From: Nanoarchaeales archaeon
GTDB lineage: Archaea > Nanobdellota > Nanobdellia > Woesearchaeales > UBA583
Direction of reading: 5' to 3'
DNA length: 50,375 nt
NCBI GenBank assembly: GCA_013215525.1
Contig: JABSQY010000005.1
Coordinates: 1-50,375 of the forward strand
The translations under genes were made by a program, and so were the position numbers. The notes below the pieces were generated by a model. The model was not told the DNA's origin and did not search any database. It worked only from the letters and a program-made list of their open reading frames with translations. Below are positions 47,047 through 50,375 of the stretch, one piece after another. Position 1 is the stretch's first letter. The number at the start of each line of letters is the position of its first letter.

Positions 47047-48417
47047 ATGAAAAGATTAGGGTCTTCTATTGTTTATTATGATTCTCGTGGTTTTATTTCT
47101 GCGTTAAAAACTATTGATATTCATAGAAATATGTTACTTCAAAAGTTTGAGAAGTATGTTGTTGTATATGCTGGAGCTGGAAGTTGGTTACGTGGTGAGA
47201 AGTCAAATGATTTTGATGTTTTTGTAGTGATTGATGATACAGATGTGAAGCGTATGCCTCGTATGCAGGTTAAAGATCAATTAACTAAAATTATTTGGCA
47301 AATGAGTCGTGAGATTGCGCAAGTTACAGGAATTCAAATCCATATTCAAGTTTATTTATTAACAGATTTCTGGGATGCGTTAAAAGATGCACATCCAGTT
47401 ATGTTTACATTTTTACGTGATGGTGTTCCATTTTATGATAGAGGAATTTATGGAGCTTGGAAAGAGTTATTAAAATTAGGAAAAATTAAGCCTTCAGCGG
47501 AAGCGATTGATTTACATATGAATGCTGGAACTCAATTAGTTGATAGGGCGCGTAAGATGTTTAATGAGATTGCAATGAATGATGTGTATTACGCATTTTT
47601 AAATCCTGCGCAAGCTGTTTTGATGATGAAAGGTTTTAATCCTACAACACCAAAAGAGACACTTAAGATTTTCAAAGAAGTTTTAGTTGATAAAGATAAA
47701 GTTATTTCACAAAAAGAGTTTGATAATTTTGAAGAAGCTGTTAAATTATTTAAATCACTTGAACACGACCAAGAGAAAAAAGTTTCAGGGAAAGATTTAG
47801 ATAGGATGCTTAATAATGCTGATAAGTTTTTATCAACTATTAAAAAAATGTTTGACCAAATTACTATTGATAAAACAAAAGATTCTTTTAATAATACATA
47901 CACTGAATTTATTACTCAATTATTACAATTACCAAACTTTGAAAAATTATCTGAAAAAGATTTAGTTAAAAATTTTGAAGCAGAGTATATTACATCTGGA
48001 AAATTACCTGATTTTACAAAAGAATCTATTAAATCTATTAAGAAAGCAAAGGTTGATTTTGATAAGGATAAGATTACATCAATTGAAGTTAATAAAGTTT
48101 TAAAGGAAATTAGAAATTTATTATCTGAATTAAAGAGTTTACGTGATACTAACATTTTAACTGAAGCAAATTCTAAAAAGCTTGCATTGATTTACGATGG
48201 TGCAAAGAGTTGCGACTTATTTATGTATGATAATAAGATTTATTTAATTGATTTTCCTAATGATAAAACTTATGAGTTTAAATCTCAAAAATTCATTGAG
48301 TCTAAGACTAAACGTGAAGATTTAGCGGATTCAAGTAAACTTCAAGATATGGAACTTACTGGAATGATTATTGATTGTGTTAAAGATATACTAAAAGCTA
48401 AATCTTTAAAGATTTAA
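47047..48417 (+). CDS. Nucleotidyltransferase/HEPN-like fusion protein with extended helical C-terminus (paralogue of 43093-43917)
   Basis: NTase motif YAGAGSWLRGEKSNDFDVFVVIDD. FLRDGVPFYDRG..LGKIKPSAEAID and YYAFLNPAQAVLMMKGFNPTTPKETLKIF are collinear with the paralogue. Confidence 0.7.
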   Translation: MKRLGSSIVYYDSRGFISALKTIDIHRNMLLQKFEKYVVVYAGAGSWLRGEKSNDFDVFVVIDDTDVKRMPRMQVKDQLTKIIWQMSREIAQVTGIQIHIQVYLLTDFWDALKDAHPVMFTFLRDGVPFYDRGIYGAWKELLKLGKIKPSAEAIDLHMNAGTQLVDRARKMFNEIAMNDVYYAFLNPAQAVLMMKGFNPTTPKETLKIFKEVLVDKDKVISQKEFDNFEEAVKLFKSLEHDQEKKVSGKDLDRMLNNADKFLSTIKKMFDQITIDKTKDSFNNTYTEFITQLLQLPNFEKLSEKDLVKNFEAEYITSGKLPDFTKESIKSIKKAKVDFDKDKITSIEVNKVLKEIRNLLSELKSLRDTNILTEANSKKLALIYDGAKSCDLFMYDNKIYLIDFPNDKTYEFKSQKFIESKTKREDLADSSKLQDMELTGMIIDCVKDILKAKSLKI

Positions 48418-48438
48418 TCTTTTTATTTTATTTTATTT

Positions 48439-48623
48439 TCGAAGTACGTTTTGAAACGAATGCTTGCAGTCACTACGTAAACTTTGTTCGGGACATAGTG
48501 AACAAGTTCACGAAGTTTTGTCCAGAGCACTCACTTTTTTAGAATCGCGCAAGTATATATCTTAGTCGCGATTCAAAAAGCAAGCACTCTGAACAAAAAT
48601 CTTCCTAAGTTCATCGTTTTTTG
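48439..48623 (+). ncRNA. GC-rich structured element E (candidate ncRNA; shares only the 3' flank with elements B-D)
   Basis: Nested helices TGCTTGC (48461-67)/GCAAGCA (48580-86), GGAC (48491-94)/GTCC (48520-23), GTGAAC-aa-GTTCAC (48498-48511) and GAATCGCG (48542-49)/CGCGATTC (48567-74). T-run at 48615-48623, then GTTTATTCGAACATAT as after copies C and D. Confidence 0.35.
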
Positions 48624-48700
48624 TTTATTCGAACATATTGATTATTATTTTAAAACTAGAAATTTTTATAAATACTAATTCTAATATTTAATTATAATAA

Positions 48701-49435
48701 ATGGCATTTGATAAATTATATAACTATTTTATAAAAAATAAATCTGATAAAACAAATGATTCTAAATTTTGGATAAAAGAAATTATTCATAAAGGAAATA
48801 GTGATGATGTTTGGATATGTTTTTTAGGATGGAAAACTTCAATTTCAATTGCTAAGAAATTAAACTTACTTCCAAAGTCGGGAAAAATTATTGTTTATCA
48901 AGAACCAAATGCACTTGTAAATAAAAATCCTGATGTTAGTAAAGAGTTATTTTATGAGTTATATAATGATGTTAAACAATATTTAAAAAATACTCAGGTT
49001 AATGTTTTATCTTTATCACTTGGAAATATGCATGGTTTTTATATTGCTTCTAGATATGATGTTAAAAAGTTTATTTCAGTTTTACCAGGTCCAGAACTTG
49101 GACGTAATATTTGGAAAAGTTGCGCGTCAGAAAAAATAATGATGGAGTCTATACTATTAGATTTTTCTCAAAAAAAATATGACAATGTTTTAAAAAATCT
49201 TGAGTGTAGTTATAATTATATGAATTTACCACATAATTCTTATTTTTATATTGCAAAATCTGATGATTATATTCCTAGTGAAGATCAAATTGATTTAATT
49301 AATCATATTAAAAAACATCATATGTATAGAAAAATATCATACTTTCATTTAGGACATATTTTTTCTCACCTATATTTTGGGTTATTAAATACTATGAATA
49401 AAATTCCTTGGGAGGATAAAAATAATTTAAAATGA
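48701..49435 (+). CDS. Alpha/beta-hydrolase-like protein (putative)
   Basis: 244 aa. Nucleophile-elbow-like LSLSLGNMHG, later acidic (KSDDYIP) and His (LGHIF) candidates in triad order. Confidence 0.4.
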   Translation: MAFDKLYNYFIKNKSDKTNDSKFWIKEIIHKGNSDDVWICFLGWKTSISIAKKLNLLPKSGKIIVYQEPNALVNKNPDVSKELFYELYNDVKQYLKNTQVNVLSLSLGNMHGFYIASRYDVKKFISVLPGPELGRNIWKSCASEKIMMESILLDFSQKKYDNVLKNLECSYNYMNLPHNSYFYIAKSDDYIPSEDQIDLINHIKKHHMYRKISYFHLGHIFSHLYFGLLNTMNKIPWEDKNNLK

Positions 49436-50127
49436 TTAAAAAAACTATTAAATCATTAAAATTAGGTTTTGAGTTAGGTTTTATTACTTTATTATTAATT
49501 GGTCTAATTTATTATTTTAATTTAACTCAATATATAAATATTGAACAAATGAAATATTTTATTGAGATTAGTGGGATGTATGGGATGATAATTTATATTT
49601 TAGGATTTTTATTTTTATCTTTAATTGGAATTTCTGTAACTCCTTTAATTATTTTAGGAGGAGTTTTGTTTAGTTATAAAAATGGATTTATTGTATCTTT
49701 TATTGCTTTATTTTTAGCATCAGTTATAGCTTTTTATGTGTCGCATTTTGTTAGTAATATTATTCATAAAGGAAAACATAAAACACATGGTCATAAGTTT
49801 AAAGTGATTGATAAAATAATTAAAAAACTAGAATCTAAAATTTCACATAATCAATTTAAAACTATATTTTTATCTAAATTTCTTATTCCTAATATTCTAG
49901 TTAGTTATGCTTTGGGTACAATGTATAGTGAAATTCGTAAAGTTACATTTATTGTTGCAACGTTTTTAAATAATTTAGTTTATTGTTTTTTATTAATTTT
50001 TTTAGGGTCAAAGTTTACTGAAAATCTTTCTTATTTGTTTGTTGCTCTTGCGTTTGTATTTGGTTTTTATATTATTAGATATTATTATAAATCTCATTAT
50101 ACACATACTGCGCCTAGTGTTGATTAA
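49432..50127 (+). CDS. TVP38/TMEM64 (DedA-related, VTT domain) family membrane protein
   Basis: 231 aa, 5-6 TM helices, glycine-rich re-entrant-like segment ISVTPLIILGGVLFSYKNGFIVSF. Start overlaps the upstream stop (ATGA). Confidence 0.5.
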   Translation: MIKKTIKSLKLGFELGFITLLLIGLIYYFNLTQYINIEQMKYFIEISGMYGMIIYILGFLFLSLIGISVTPLIILGGVLFSYKNGFIVSFIALFLASVIAFYVSHFVSNIIHKGKHKTHGHKFKVIDKIIKKLESKISHNQFKTIFLSKFLIPNILVSYALGTMYSEIRKVTFIVATFLNNLVYCFLLIFLGSKFTENLSYLFVALAFVFGFYIIRYYYKSHYTHTAPSVD

Positions 50128-50291
50128 TTGATAATTAATACTAATCTTTTTAAAAGATATTTGTGTGAGATAGTTATATGGCTAAACATTATGAACCACT
50201 TTGTAACTTTTATCATCATGATGAAAAAAAACATAATTTATTTTCTAATTTTTTAAATTTAGTTTATATATATGTAAGTTATAATTTTATT

Positions 50292-50375
50292 ATGTTAAAT
50301 GTCTATAAATGTTTTCTCACTGGAAGTACAGGAGGACATGACCCTGATTTATCAATGTATGACCCATGTAATTTA
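50292..50375 (+). CDS. Partial ORF running off the window end (unknown function)
   Basis: Frame open to the window end (MLNVYKCFLTGSTGGHDPDLSMYDPCNL). TATA-like TTTATATATA lies ~25 nt upstream. The frame is also open from ATG 50178. Confidence 0.25.
   Translation, partial: MLNVYKCFLTGSTGGHDPDLSMYDPCNL

Noticed and set aside
5128-47903. Short ORFs in the supplied track that lie antisense to, or nested in, longer conserved ORFs: 5128-5313, 5138-5344, 7324-7521, 9093-9353, 17034-17222, 19522-19887, 20277-20498, 20567-20797, 21023-21283, 25182-25367, 26207-26413, 26940-27200, 27388-27633, 27686-27982, 29274-29495, 30337-30594, 31228-31470, 31817-32026, 34396-34758, 38084-38284, 39997-40185, 41614-41835, 43457-43870, 45787-46005, 47589-47903, 47916-48155.
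   Set aside because: They are shadow frames of genes with clear family signatures. Their products are low-complexity, Leu/Ile/Phe/Ser-rich translations typical of AT-rich antisense frames, and they have no independent promoter context.
48439-48623. Archaeal SECIS element serving the TGA at 46939.
   Set aside because: I could not recognise a clear GAA/A internal-loop SECIS architecture, and no Sec machinery lies in the window. The other interrupted TGA aligns with Gly rather than Cys and has no comparable 3' structure. Left as a formal check only.
1-50375. Global reassignment of UGA (to Gly or Trp) as the explanation for the two TGA-interrupted ORFs.
   Set aside because: By my reading nearly all ORFs end in TAA and a few in TAG. 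TGA closes purK, the BatD-like gene and 48701-49435 at ATGA overlaps. None of the long conserved genes contains an internal TGA, and Trp is encoded by TGG. Two hits in accessory genes fit nonsense mutations better. Kept only as a low-probability check.
1-50375. CRISPR arrays, transposases, integrases or restriction-modification genes.
   Set aside because: No regularly spaced direct repeats with unique spacers were seen. The tandem repeats present are coding (HA repeats, Q/E linker) or intergenic hairpin units. No ORF shows DDE, tyrosine/serine recombinase or methyltransferase signatures.

Overview
Strongly AT-rich, archaeal-type chromosomal segment. Archaeal markers: RNA polymerase subunit E' plus Spt4, RNase P protein Rpp21, NIP7, archaeal IMP cyclohydrolase PurO, a TrmB regulator, an archaeal-type tRNA-Glu, and TATA-like boxes about 25-30 nt upstream of many start codons. 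The window opens in the 3' end of a 23S rRNA gene. Next come core genes: mutL, a family-II-pyrophosphatase-like DHH protein, peroxiredoxin, rpe, the rpoE'-spt4-nip7-rpp21 operon and tRNA-Glu(CUC). A ~15 kb purine block follows (PfkB kinase, HAD-like protein, purL, purQ, purK, purE, purC, purB, purO, purH, purN, purM), then a BatD-like/MoxR/DUF58/vWA module. From ~30.4 kb to ~48.7 kb the content is accessory. It holds three tandem MFS paralogues (one interrupted by TGA at a conserved Gly), a SemiSWEET, RluA, a tandem-Lrp regulator, a tRNA-dependent cyclodipeptide synthase (CDPS), a Bro-N/DinD-like gene, a 5'-truncated DKNYY gene, a HEPN-like protein with seven helicase-associated (HA) repeats, two paralogous NTase/HEPN-like proteins, a small ABC-type ATPase and membrane proteins. 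Four observations stand out. (1) A multi-copy ~180-nt GC-rich structured element sits at cassette boundaries between 35.9 and 40.7 kb. Its copies show compensatory base changes, a swapped central hairpin, and one partial copy abutting a truncated gene. (2) A CDPS is present in an archaeal context. (3) The HEPN-like/HA-repeat protein lies in an NTase/ATPase neighbourhood. (4) Two in-frame TGA codons interrupt otherwise continuous ORFs. No CRISPR array, transposase or integrase was recognised.
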